Part shown: positions 1-8,653 of the stretch, piece by piece
Numbering within the stretch: the stretch's first letter is position 1
Layout: every line of letters begins with the position of its first letter
Assembly: GCA_050246315.1 (NCBI GenBank)
Contig: JBFWWG010000004.1
Span: forward strand, 128,001-192,000
Direction: 5' to 3'
Source: Nitrospiraceae bacterium
GTDB taxonomy: Bacteria > Nitrospirota > Nitrospiria > Nitrospirales > Nitrospiraceae
Length of the DNA stretch: 64,000 nucleotides
Notes under the pieces: model-generated
The model's database searches: none
What the model saw: only the letters and a program-made list of their open reading frames with translations
What the model was told of the DNA's origin: nothing
Translations under genes and position numbers: made by a program

Positions 1-2707
1 GCGATCGGGCTTCGTCGCGTCGGAGCAGCGGGGCGCATTTCATGACGGCCAGGACTCCGAGAGAGCGGCCCCCACTGTCGTCGAGCGGCGCGCCGATGTA
101 ACTTTCCACATCGAAGCGCCTGAGCAGGGGATCTGCCGGAAACAGGTCGCGGAGACACTGATCGTATATCTGCACCGACTGCCCGATGACGGTTTCGGAC
201 GGCGAGCCGGTCAACGGATAATCGAAGTTCGGCAACCGTTGCCCGCGCCCACAGACCGCGATCGTCCGGATCACACCAGGAGCCGATGGATGCGGGGTCG
301 CGACAAAGGCATACTCGGCGTCCAACGACGTACAGAGATGTTCCACAAGAGAATGGAACAACGCCTCACCCGTAGCGGCTGACACCCCGTTGGCCGCCTG
401 GAGGAGCCGTTCCTCCGCCCGCTTTCGAGCGGTAATATCGGTCAGGATGCCGTTCCAGACAATGCTCCCATCCGGCCGAGGAATCTCCGGAATGGAATCC
501 CCTCGGAGCCATTTGATCGAGCCGTCGTCCAATCCTACGCGGAATTCATGGCCCCAGGGAGACAATCCTTCTGCCGACTGTTGGATAGAGACCTGGAGGT
601 CGCCCAGATCTTCTGACAGCCCAAACCTCCATGCCTCCCGGACATCTCGCATCACCGCTCCCGCCTCGACGCCCAGAATCTCCTTGACGCCCCGGCTCAT
701 GAAGAGGAACCGATCGGTTCCATCCGGACTCAGTTGATACTGATAGACGGCTCCGGGAATGGCGTCCGTTATCCGCTGGAGCCGCAACTCCGTCTCGCGC
801 AGCGCCTCCTCCGCCTTTCGGCGCAAGGTAATATCACGCGCGATGCCGAGCACCCCGATGATCGCCCCATTTTTCTGGTAGACCCCTCCCGCACACTCCA
901 TCGACAACCATTCCCCATCCCGTTTCCGCAGTCGGAGTTCGACCCGATTGTCTCTAACGCCGGATAGGATATCGTCCAAGGACTGGACGGCCAGCGCGCG
1001 GTCGTCCGGATGAACCAACTCGGTGAAGGGCTGCCCAAGCCAGACTTGCCGCGAGCAGCCGGTCCGTGCCTCAAAGGCAGGATTGATGGACAGGATCAGC
1101 CCATCTGGCGACAGCAGGTAGACGATGTCTCTGAGGTTATCGACCAACGAGCGGTACTGGGCTTCGCTGTGTCGCGACGCCTCCTCCGCACGCGCTCGAT
1201 CAGTCAGATCGTGACAAGTACAGATGTATCCGTCGAATTCGCCGGCCTCATTCATCACACTCGACAGCGCTACCTCGACTGGAAACTGCGAGCCGTCCCG
1301 GCGCTTCCCTGTGATCTCGCCGCGCCATCGCCCCTCCCGTAACAAGAGCGGAAAGATCTTCCGTTCGTAGTCGGCCACCGATTCGGACGGGGTGATATTC
1401 TTCCAGGTCTTGCCGATCAACTCCTCCTGCTCATATCCGTATAGTTCGGCATGCGCGCGGTTAATATACGTATAGATACCGGTTTTGTCTAGCAGTGCCA
1501 TCCCTTCCATGGCGGTGTCAATCGCCCGCCTCATCACCGAATTCGCCTCCTCTACGAGCTTCCGAGAGGTGACGTCCACGGCGGTTCCGACCAGCTTGAC
1601 CGCGCGACCGTTGCCGTCCCGGGTGGTTGAGCCTCGAAGGTGCGTCCAGACGATCGATCCGTCCTTGTGAAGCATCCGCAACAGACATTCATAGTTGTCC
1701 GTCAGCCGATCGATGATCGCGATGGTGGCGTCTGTGGCCAGTCGCCTGTCTTCGGGATGGATGAGGGTGAACCAGTTCAGGTCTCTTTCATCCCATTCTT
1801 CCCGTCCATAGCCGAACAACGCCTTGAAGCTGGGATCTCCCTGGGATCGGCCGGCGAGGAAGTCGTACTCCCAGACCCCGACTCGTCCCGCGACGGCGGC
1901 CCGGGCGTACCGTTCCTCACTCTCACGGAGTAACTGTTCGGTCCGCTTGCGTTCGGTGATGTCCCGTACCGCACTCAGCATGACCGGTTCGCCCCGATAG
2001 CGAAACGGCAACGTCCGGACCTCGACGGGAATGAGGGTGCCGTCTTGACGTTGACCAACGCCTTCCGACTCGAATGCGCGTCCCTCAGCCGACGCGGCCG
2101 CAGCGTGCTCGACGTGAGCATCGGAATCAGCATGGATGATGTGCCGGCATGACAGGCCAAGCAGCTCCTCCCTGGAATACCCGTAGAGTTTCAAGGCTGC
2201 GGGATTGACGTCCAGAATGACTCCTTCATAACTGACCACCAACAGCGCATCCGGCGCGGACTCAAAGAGACACCGGCACCGTTCTTCGCTTTCGCGCAGT
2301 GCCTCTTGGGCGCGCCGCTGCTCGGTGAGCACCTCGGTGTACATGACCAACCCGGCGACCACCCCCTCTTCGCCATACCAGGGCCTGATCTCCCAACGGA
2401 CCCAATCCCGGCTGCCGTCATGGCGAAGGAAGTACTCGCCGTCGGAACCTTCCACGGCGCCGGCGAGGCAACGTTGGTGAATCTCCAGCCACCTCGGCAT
2501 AGACCGGATTTCCGGAAAGACGTCGTAGTGGTGCTCCCCGATGATGCGGCGATCGCCCAACCGATAATCTTCCAACCACCGCCGGCTTGCGGCCAGGTAC
2601 CGCAACTCCGCGTCCAAGATCGCCACGGCCGCCGGAATCTGTTCCATGACCAACAACAGGGCCGCATGCCCGGACGCCGCCAGGTCGAGATTGAGCGGGC
2701 GCATCAT
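1..2707 (-). CDS. Multi-PAS (about 6 PAS/PAC) + GAF sensor protein, probably a histidine kinase or other signalling enzyme; 3' end runs off the window
   Basis: Absent from the ORF track because it has no stop in the window. Read manually: RBS AGGAGGGG, then ATG at 2707 (MMRPLNLDLAASG...). Repeated PAS/PAC signatures (VNPAALKLYGYSREELLG, LIHPEDR, HKDGSIVW, AVRDITERKR, IARDIT, ILTDITARKRAEE) are followed by a GAF-like segment (FFHSLVEHL...SYIGAPL). Frame spot-checked at 2341 and 901. Confidence 0.85.
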   Translation of the reverse strand, partial: MMRPLNLDLAASGHAALLLVMEQIPAAVAILDAELRYLAASRRWLEDYRLGDRRIIGEHHYDVFPEIRSMPRWLEIHQRCLAGAVEGSDGEYFLRHDGSRDWVRWEIRPWYGEEGVVAGLVMYTEVLTEQRRAQEALRESEERCRCLFESAPDALLVVSYEGVILDVNPAALKLYGYSREELLGLSCRHIIHADSDAHVEHAAAASAEGRAFESEGVGQRQDGTLIPVEVRTLPFRYRGEPVMLSAVRDITERKRTEQLLRESEERYARAAVAGRVGVWEYDFLAGRSQGDPSFKALFGYGREEWDERDLNWFTLIHPEDRRLATDATIAIIDRLTDNYECLLRMLHKDGSIVWTHLRGSTTRDGNGRAVKLVGTAVDVTSRKLVEEANSVMRRAIDTAMEGMALLDKTGIYTYINRAHAELYGYEQEELIGKTWKNITPSESVADYERKIFPLLLREGRWRGEITGKRRDGSQFPVEVALSSVMNEAGEFDGYICTCHDLTDRARAEEASRHSEAQYRSLVDNLRDIVYLLSPDGLILSINPAFEARTGCSRQVWLGQPFTELVHPDDRALAVQSLDDILSGVRDNRVELRLRKRDGEWLSMECAGGVYQKNGAIIGVLGIARDITLRRKAEEALRETELRLQRITDAIPGAVYQYQLSPDGTDRFLFMSRGVKEILGVEAGAVMRDVREAWRFGLSEDLGDLQVSIQQSAEGLSPWGHEFRVGLDDGSIKWLRGDSIPEIPRPDGSIVWNGILTDITARKRAEERLLQAANGVSAATGEALFHSLVEHLCTSLDAEYAFVATPHPSAPGVIRTIAVCGRGQRLPNFDYPLTGSPSETVIGQSVQIYDQCLRDLFPADPLLRRFDVESYIGAPLDDSGGRSLGVLAVMKCAPLLRRDEARS

Positions 2708-2883
2708 GCCCCTCCTACCCGACCGGCGAAGCGCCTACCGATGGCAGACTCATCAATCCTCATGATTCGACTCTGGATGCGAACGTTGTTTCGGCCTCAC
2801 GGTGCCGGTCGGCATGAGCGAGCGGCTCCTGCCTCTCCCACCCCGGTCGATTCATCCGCCCGTGCTGCCTGCGCGACCATCCG

Positions 2884-4242
2884 CTAAGAAGACAGGCGTG
2901 GTTGTGTCGTGACCGCGCTCTTGGCCACAGCCGCCGCCATCGAGATACTGAACGCCCCTTCCCAATCCATGTCGGCTGGTACCAGGCGACGTGCCTCCAC
3001 GCTCTCCGTCCGAGACAGCGCCAACACGATGTTCTTGCCACCGAACCCGAAACTGTTGATGAGCGCCCGCTGGATGGCCGCCGGCCGCCCGTGCCCCGGA
3101 ACGTAATCCAAATCGCAATCGGGGTCCGGGTCGGTCAAATTCAGCGTCGGTGGCACAAACTGATGTTCCAATGACAGCACGGTGCTGATCACTTGAAAGG
3201 CGCCGCTCGCGGCAAACGCATGGCCCAAGGCACCCTTGAGGGAACTGACGGGCACCCGGTACGCATGCGCCCCCATTGCCTGCTTGATCGCCTTCGTCTC
3301 GATGGCGTCCAACTCCACGCTGCCGAGTCCACAGGCGTTGACATACTCCACTTCCTCCGGAAACCAGTGGGCGGCCATCAGCGCCCCCTCGATCGCACGC
3401 TGTTGCTCTCCTCCAGACTCCATAGGTTTGGCCATCGAGTGGGCGTCGCAGGTAAAGGCCCACCCTTCGAGCTCGGCATAAATATGTGCGCCTCGGCGGA
3501 CGGCATGCTCGTATTCCTCGAGTACCACGCAGCCGGCTCCCTCGCCCATGACGATGCCCGATCGGGTCCGATCGAATGGACGTGGCAGATTCCGCAACGA
3601 TCCCTGGCAATCCGGAGCCAGGGTCCGACCCGCTTCCATTGCGGACAGGATCGTCGGATGCAGCGGAGCTTCGGCTCCGCCTGCAACGACCAAATCGACG
3701 TTACGGGATCGAATCAGGTCGTAGGCCCGCCCGATGGCGTTCGCCGTTGAGGAACAGCCGATCGAATAGGTTTCGCACTCACCATGGACGCCGAGCGCAA
3801 TGGCCACTTCGGCGGAGACCGCGTTGGGGAAGGTGGCCGTCATGGTGAAGGGATGGAGATGTTGCTTGCGCAACATGCAATCATGCGCGGCGAAGGCTTC
3901 ACGAAGTCCGCCCACGGACGTGCCGAAGCTGATCGCCATACCGGAGCGGTCCTCGGCCTCCAGATCGAGGTCCGCGTCCCGCACGGCCATCAAGGCTGAC
4001 GCGACTGCGAAATGCGACACCCGGCCCATGCGTCTGGCTTGCTTGGGCGGAATGAAGTCCGTGGCATCAAAGTCCCGCACCTCGCCCGCTAAACAGGATT
4101 TGAACGAGGCGGTTTCGAAGGACTCGATCGGCCGGATTCCGGATTCCCCTCGGCAGAGCAAATGCCAAAACGTCCTGAGATCACAACCCAGTGGAGACAC
4201 GACACCCAACCCCGTAATCACAACGCGACGCGATAGGCTCAT
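2884..4242 (-). CDS. FabF/KAS-II-like beta-ketoacyl synthase with a non-canonical active site
   Basis: RRVVITGLGVVSPLG, RPFD..RSGIVMGEGAG and INSFGFGG motifs. Cys163 (IGC-SS) and His341 (KGALGH) are present, but the usual NAHGTST reads NACGLGS. RBS GAGGAGG. fabF symbol withheld because of the altered triad. Confidence 0.9.
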   Translation of the reverse strand: MSLSRRVVITGLGVVSPLGCDLRTFWHLLCRGESGIRPIESFETASFKSCLAGEVRDFDATDFIPPKQARRMGRVSHFAVASALMAVRDADLDLEAEDRSGMAISFGTSVGGLREAFAAHDCMLRKQHLHPFTMTATFPNAVSAEVAIALGVHGECETYSIGCSSTANAIGRAYDLIRSRNVDLVVAGGAEAPLHPTILSAMEAGRTLAPDCQGSLRNLPRPFDRTRSGIVMGEGAGCVVLEEYEHAVRRGAHIYAELEGWAFTCDAHSMAKPMESGGEQQRAIEGALMAAHWFPEEVEYVNACGLGSVELDAIETKAIKQAMGAHAYRVPVSSLKGALGHAFAASGAFQVISTVLSLEHQFVPPTLNLTDPDPDCDLDYVPGHGRPAAIQRALINSFGFGGKNIVLALSRTESVEARRLVPADMDWEGAFSISMAAAVAKSAVTTQPRLSS

Positions 4243-4364
4243 GGTTCATCCTCCTCGTGTGAGATCCATCTAAGGAAGGTCTGCTCAATTCAAGAATCTA
4301 GATGGCGACAAGACAAATTCCCTGTGTTTTGTGCACCGACCGATCGAAATCAGTATTTATTCAG

Positions 4365-4384
4365 GCCTTCCCTAACCGGCAGAT
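4365..4384. promoter_or_regulatory. Degenerate lux-box-like site upstream of the ketosynthase
   Basis: GCCTTCCCTAACCGGCAGAT fits NNCT-N12-AGNN and matches the 5758 box at 12/20 positions. Confidence 0.35.
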
Positions 4385-4398
4385 TCGTTTGGGCGTCC

Positions 4399-5679
4399 TC
4401 ACCTATGTTCCGTACCGTGCCAGACCGACATATGGTCCCGATGGGTTTCCCCCAACGCGTCCTGGGGATAAAACTTCTCGTAGAATCCAATGTCGACATG
4501 GTGGGCTTGAAACGCAATGACCGTCTTGAATGCATCCACATGAGCCGGGAAACGACCATAGGTACGATACACATACTCACAGAATCGAATCGCCGCTTCG
4601 ACCGCGCGCGCGCTATGCGGCTGGACTTCCTGCTCCTGCTTGCGGGGAATCCACGGCCAGGTGGCGGGATTAGGATAGATCCCGCTGGCGCCGAACTTGG
4701 AGTAGACGAGGTTCCGGACCGACGTCTCCATGGAAGGTACGAACGGCGGGCAGGGACCTTCCCAGATATCGGGGATGCCGACGGGGTTCGATCGGGCCCC
4801 AGGCACCAAGGACGGCGCAAACAGAAATCCAAGACCCGGATAGATTTGCGGTTCCCATCCAAGGAGATGCCGTCCACTCCCGACGCTCTGGATCCCGCCA
4901 CCCAGCCCGATGGCCTGCTCCATGAGGAACATGTTCTGGCACACCGCTCCTTGCTCCTGAAGCGCCGTGTCGCTGATCGCGGCATCGAGATCACGCAGTG
5001 TCATCATCCGCCGCGCGCCTGGGTCATCATGGAGGTATCCGCCTCGACTCTTTCGGAACTCATCCAGGCCGCACCCGGCCTGGCCGTTGTCGGTGTCCAC
5101 AATGAAATAGCCGTATTCCTCGCTGAGCAGTACCAGCAGGAGATTCAAATAGACCCGCGCCACCTCCGTCACGGGCACGATGAACTGCGAGCCCGGGCGG
5201 TTGGCATACCACTGGTTGAATGACAACATGAACGGCAATTGCCTGGGAATGTCCAAGCGGCTTGATTGGAGGCGCACCAGATTCGGACGGGCTCCGCTGT
5301 TCGGATGTGGCACGCCGGCTGCGTAAAATACCCCGTCGTCGTTCGACACAAAGAGCCTCGTCGTATTGGCCGCGCAGGCACTGGGGACGGTGCGTCCTCG
5401 AAACCCCATGATGGCCATGCCTTGCCCATCCTCATGGCCGGGCCGACGGACATACTGCATGTCGGCCAGGTGCGGACCGGTCTCCCCGACTCCGGCAAAG
5501 AGAAGGTAATGCAGCTCTTCAGCCGTCAGTGGGACCGGCTGCATCTCACTCCGATAGCGAAGCGGGCCAGCCGGCAGTTCCATCCCGCACCCAAAACGAC
5601 GGGTCCGTCGTTGCTGGAGCAAATCAACCAACGTTCTGAGTTCGGTGGATTGCGTCGCATGACAAGTCGAGGAAACCAT
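4399..5679 (-). CDS. Uncharacterised nitroreductase-fold (putative FMN-dependent) oxidoreductase
   Basis: N-terminal RRTRRF FMN-binding-like motif, RTVPSACA (cf. PSAG of nitroreductase/SagB-type enzymes) and C-terminal EQGAVCQNMFLMEQAIGLGG (cf. ExGxxxQNxxLxAxxxGLG). Start moved to ATG 5679, which follows RBS AAGGAGG. Confidence 0.7.
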   Translation of the reverse strand: MVSSTCHATQSTELRTLVDLLQQRRTRRFGCGMELPAGPLRYRSEMQPVPLTAEELHYLLFAGVGETGPHLADMQYVRRPGHEDGQGMAIMGFRGRTVPSACAANTTRLFVSNDDGVFYAAGVPHPNSGARPNLVRLQSSRLDIPRQLPFMLSFNQWYANRPGSQFIVPVTEVARVYLNLLLVLLSEEYGYFIVDTDNGQAGCGLDEFRKSRGGYLHDDPGARRMMTLRDLDAAISDTALQEQGAVCQNMFLMEQAIGLGGGIQSVGSGRHLLGWEPQIYPGLGFLFAPSLVPGARSNPVGIPDIWEGPCPPFVPSMETSVRNLVYSKFGASGIYPNPATWPWIPRKQEQEVQPHSARAVEAAIRFCEYVYRTYGRFPAHVDAFKTVIAFQAHHVDIGFYEKFYPQDALGETHRDHMSVWHGTEHR

Positions 5680-5729
5680 GGGTGCGCCTCCTTGGTGCAT
5701 GAGTCTTCTCCGCTCGCGCGGCTGGCGAG

Positions 5730-5777
5730 ACTCTACAAAGATGGTGCTATCGCTGTAACCTACCCACCCGGGTAGGT
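5730..5777 (-). promoter_or_regulatory. LuxR-activated promoter: 20-bp lux box plus -10 element
   Basis: ACCTACCC-ACCC-GGGTAGGT at 5758-5777 has perfect 8-bp arms and the ACCT-N12-AGGT format. On the minus strand TG-TAGAGT (-10 hexamer at 5730-5735) follows 22 nt later, close to the luxI promoter geometry. Confidence 0.8.
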
Positions 5778-5913
5778 CAGCGGAGTCTCATCCCGGGAAC
5801 GGAGAGGACATGAAGTAGATTGATGTGTGGAAGGCAGCCGAACATGGAGTGGGTTCGGAACAGCCCTGGGAACGGGATTCGACTGTGGTTTGAAAAACCT
5901 GAACGATGGCGGA

Positions 5914-6723
5914 CTAGGACGTCGCTTCTGAATGGCGGTTCGCACGGGCGGCAGGGAGGAGGAGTTCGAGGAGTTCATTGTGCTGGGACCGCCAGTTAGC
6001 GATAGCACTCCAGCGGTTTTCCACCCCCCCCAACTTCTCATAGATGTTCTTGAGGTGAAACTTCACGGTGTTCAGACTCACACTCAATATCACCGAGATT
6101 TCCCAGTTCGTTTTCCCTTCGGCAACCCAACGCATAATCTCCTCTTCGCGCTTGGTCAATTGCGCCTGAGGGGTCTGCGCCGGAGACTGATCCTGAGGGG
6201 TCAACGCGCGGAGATAGGCCAGATGGAAATGGGGGGAGAGGATTTGCATAATCGCACGTAGCTTGGGCATCGTCTTGTGGTCGAAATTGCTGAATGCAAA
6301 ATAGGTGCACGCGCCGAGCACGCCGCGAATCCCGACCGATAGACAGCTTTTGATGCCGAAATCCAGTTTGAGGCTCGTGACCTCTCTGGGCACCTCAATC
6401 GCGGGGGCATCTTCGCTGGTCACAAATCCGAACCGAGTGGTTTGCATCAGTTGGATTGCGGGGTCGCTCAGGAACCCACACGACGCATAGAGGTATGAAA
6501 ACTCATCGCCATAACTCGAATGGCCGATTTGCAATTCGCATTTTCTGACGTTGAATGCCCCACAGGCCGAAAACTCGTGCGGGATGATGGAGCCGACCGC
6601 CGCCGTCAAGGCGGACAGTCGTGACTGGGAATCCACCGATTGCGTCTGATACATGATGTCCCGCAGTTGCTGAAATTCCTTGCGGGATGGGTACGGGAGA
6701 GCCTCGGTGCCTCGAACAATCAC
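5914..6723 (-). CDS. LuxR-family regulator (autoinducer-binding-like domain + LuxR HTH), LuxR solo
   Basis: SYGDEFSYLYASCGFLSDP ligand-domain pattern and C-terminal LTKREEEIMRWVAEGKTNWEISVILSVSLNTVKFHLKNIYEKLG. GTG start after AGAGGA. No luxI in the window. Confidence 0.9.
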   Translation of the reverse strand: MIVRGTEALPYPSRKEFQQLRDIMYQTQSVDSQSRLSALTAAVGSIIPHEFSACGAFNVRKCELQIGHSSYGDEFSYLYASCGFLSDPAIQLMQTTRFGFVTSEDAPAIEVPREVTSLKLDFGIKSCLSVGIRGVLGACTYFAFSNFDHKTMPKLRAIMQILSPHFHLAYLRALTPQDQSPAQTPQAQLTKREEEIMRWVAEGKTNWEISVILSVSLNTVKFHLKNIYEKLGGVENRWSAIANWRSQHNELLELLLPAARANRHSEATS

Positions 6724-6841
6724 GCCGCGATCCTCTATGCAGAAGAGTCAACCAAACCGGCGGGCACAGAGTCAACCCCGGAACACCCGAGGCTGACCAC
6801 GAGGAATGCAAGACGATGCGATACGGCCATCTGTCGGACCC

Positions 6842-6863
6842 TCACTTCCTCTTCGGGAAGTGA
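6842..6863. promoter_or_regulatory. Palindrome upstream of luxR, possible autoregulatory lux-type box
   Basis: TCACTTCC-TCTTCG-GGAAGTGA has perfect 8-bp arms. The inner 20-mer fits NNCT-N12-AGNN. There is no U-tract, so it is not a typical intrinsic terminator. Confidence 0.45.
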
Positions 6864-7038
6864 AGGATGACCGGATTATGGTGCTGGTTGTGGCCGTAAA
6901 ATCGGACGGTATCATAGCACCATCTGCATCGATGAGAAATAGAGACGTTCGGTCCTATCTCGAATTAAATCAACCGATATTTCACAGACTTTTGTGGTGC
7001 TTTTCGATCACAGAAGAGGAATGAAGAGCGGAGCAGGA

Positions 7039-7749
7039 TTAGTCGTTCATGACGATCAGCAGTTCGACGCGCCGGTTTTTCGCGCGACCGTCCGGAGTTG
7101 TGTTATTCGTCAGCGGTTTGTACTCGGCGAAGCCGCTTGCGGAGAGACCGCCTGTGGGGACGCCATAAACTTCGCTCAGCGCTCGCACGACCGAGGCCGC
7201 TCTAGCAGTGGACAATTCCCAGTTCGATGGAAATTGAATGCTTTGTATTGGCACATTGTCGGTATGTCCTTGGACCCGCACCTCCTTAGGAGCCTGATCG
7301 ATCAGTACCTCCGCCAGAGCCTCAAGCAACGGCAGCGCCTCCGGGCGCAGCTCGGCCTGTCCGCTCTCGAACATCGTGCTGTCGGCGATGGTGATCAGGA
7401 CGCCTTCATCCGTGTCGGCAATGGCCACATGTTTGGTGAAAAGAACATCGCGGCTGCGGCTGGACAACACCTCCTGGATTTTCCTGACCAGGATCGGTTT
7501 TTGGTGAAGCACCGGCACCAGCGACGACTTGTGCGCGCCCATCTCGAACACCTTGTCAGAGACCGGGGTGCTGACAACTGGTTTCAACGCGGCCTGGATC
7601 GATTCGCTCACCACCCTAAATTTGCCCTCGTTGACGGATGAAACAGAGTACATCACCACGAAGAAAGCGAACAGCAGCGTGATGAAGTCGGCATACGACA
7701 CCAGCCACCGTTCGTGGTTCTCATGCTCTTCGTGCTTACGTTTGGACAT
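7039..7749 (-). CDS. motB: Flagellar motor stator protein MotB
   Basis: ERWLVSYADFITLLFAFF transmembrane motif with the Asp. OmpA-like GHTDN, NWELS.ARA and KNRRVE. Start at ATG 7749. Confidence 0.95.
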   Translation of the reverse strand: MSKRKHEEHENHERWLVSYADFITLLFAFFVVMYSVSSVNEGKFRVVSESIQAALKPVVSTPVSDKVFEMGAHKSSLVPVLHQKPILVRKIQEVLSSRSRDVLFTKHVAIADTDEGVLITIADSTMFESGQAELRPEALPLLEALAEVLIDQAPKEVRVQGHTDNVPIQSIQFPSNWELSTARAASVVRALSEVYGVPTGGLSASGFAEYKPLTNNTTPDGRAKNRRVELLIVMND

Positions 7750-7756
7750 CTGGCTT

Positions 7757-8518
7757 TTATTTTTCGTGGATCTGTCCGCCGCCGATGTATCCGGAGAGTT
7801 TCTCTTCCAATTGACGAGGGTTATCTCCGGATGCGATGCCAACCAGTCCCGAAATCAGCATCATCCGCATCCCCGTTTCCTGCTTGATCTTCAGTTTGAT
7901 CTTGTTGCCCAACGGGAGAAAGAACAAGTTCGCCGCACCCACTCCATACACTGTCGCCACAAAGGCCGTGGCGATTCCGCTCCCAAGCTTGGAAGGATCG
8001 GCCAAATTTTCCATCACGTGAATCAGACCCAATACCGCTCCCAAGATCCCGACGGTGGGCGCATACCCTCCGGCGGCTTCCCACACTTTGGCCGCGGCCG
8101 TCCCCTCTTCCTCATGATGCTCCACTTCCACTTCGAGGATCTCTCGGACCATCTTCGCGTCGGTGCCATCCACGATCAGTTGCAATCCTTTCGCGAAGAA
8201 GGGATCTTTGATGTCCTTGATCTTGCCCTCCAGGGCCAATAACCCCTGCTTCCTGGCCACCTGAGCCAAGTCGACCACTTGCTTCAATTGCCCCTTAGGA
8301 TCGTGCTTGGGATTCAATAGCGCCAGCGACAGGAGCGAGAAGCTCTTCATCACCACGGGAAGGGGATTTTGAACGAAACAGGCGCCGATCGTTCCGCCAA
8401 GTACGATCATAAACGCAGTCAACTGCATGATAGAGCCCACGTGTCCGCCTTCCAGGGCTTGCCCGCCCAGGATGGAGCCTAGGGCTACCACCACGCCGAG
8501 CACGGTCAGAATATCCAT
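7757..8518 (-). CDS. motA: Flagellar motor stator protein MotA
   Basis: ARKQGLLALE, GGYAPTVGILGAVLGLI and AFVATVYG motifs. Confidence 0.95.
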   Translation of the reverse strand: MDILTVLGVVVALGSILGGQALEGGHVGSIMQLTAFMIVLGGTIGACFVQNPLPVVMKSFSLLSLALLNPKHDPKGQLKQVVDLAQVARKQGLLALEGKIKDIKDPFFAKGLQLIVDGTDAKMVREILEVEVEHHEEEGTAAAKVWEAAGGYAPTVGILGAVLGLIHVMENLADPSKLGSGIATAFVATVYGVGAANLFFLPLGNKIKLKIKQETGMRMMLISGLVGIASGDNPRQLEEKLSGYIGGGQIHEK

Positions 8519-8653
8519 CCCGCTCGCTTTCCCTGACGGGCATCCCGAGCAGGCACGCCAGCCGCAGCATGGTACGATTCCGTTCGACTCAATCCGTCGT
8601 TCGCTCGCATGACTCGGGATCCTGATGAAGACGATGCCGGAGCCGCCTGCACG

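Noticed and set aside
2832..2851. Fourth lux-like box upstream of the PAS sensor (CCTCTCCCACCCCGGTCGAT)
   Set aside because: It matches the main box at 13/20 positions but lacks the conserved CT and AG bases and the symmetry.
2884..4242. Calling the KS the housekeeping fabF
   Set aside because: No acpP, fabG or fabD context, an altered HGTST motif, and a LuxR-linked location.
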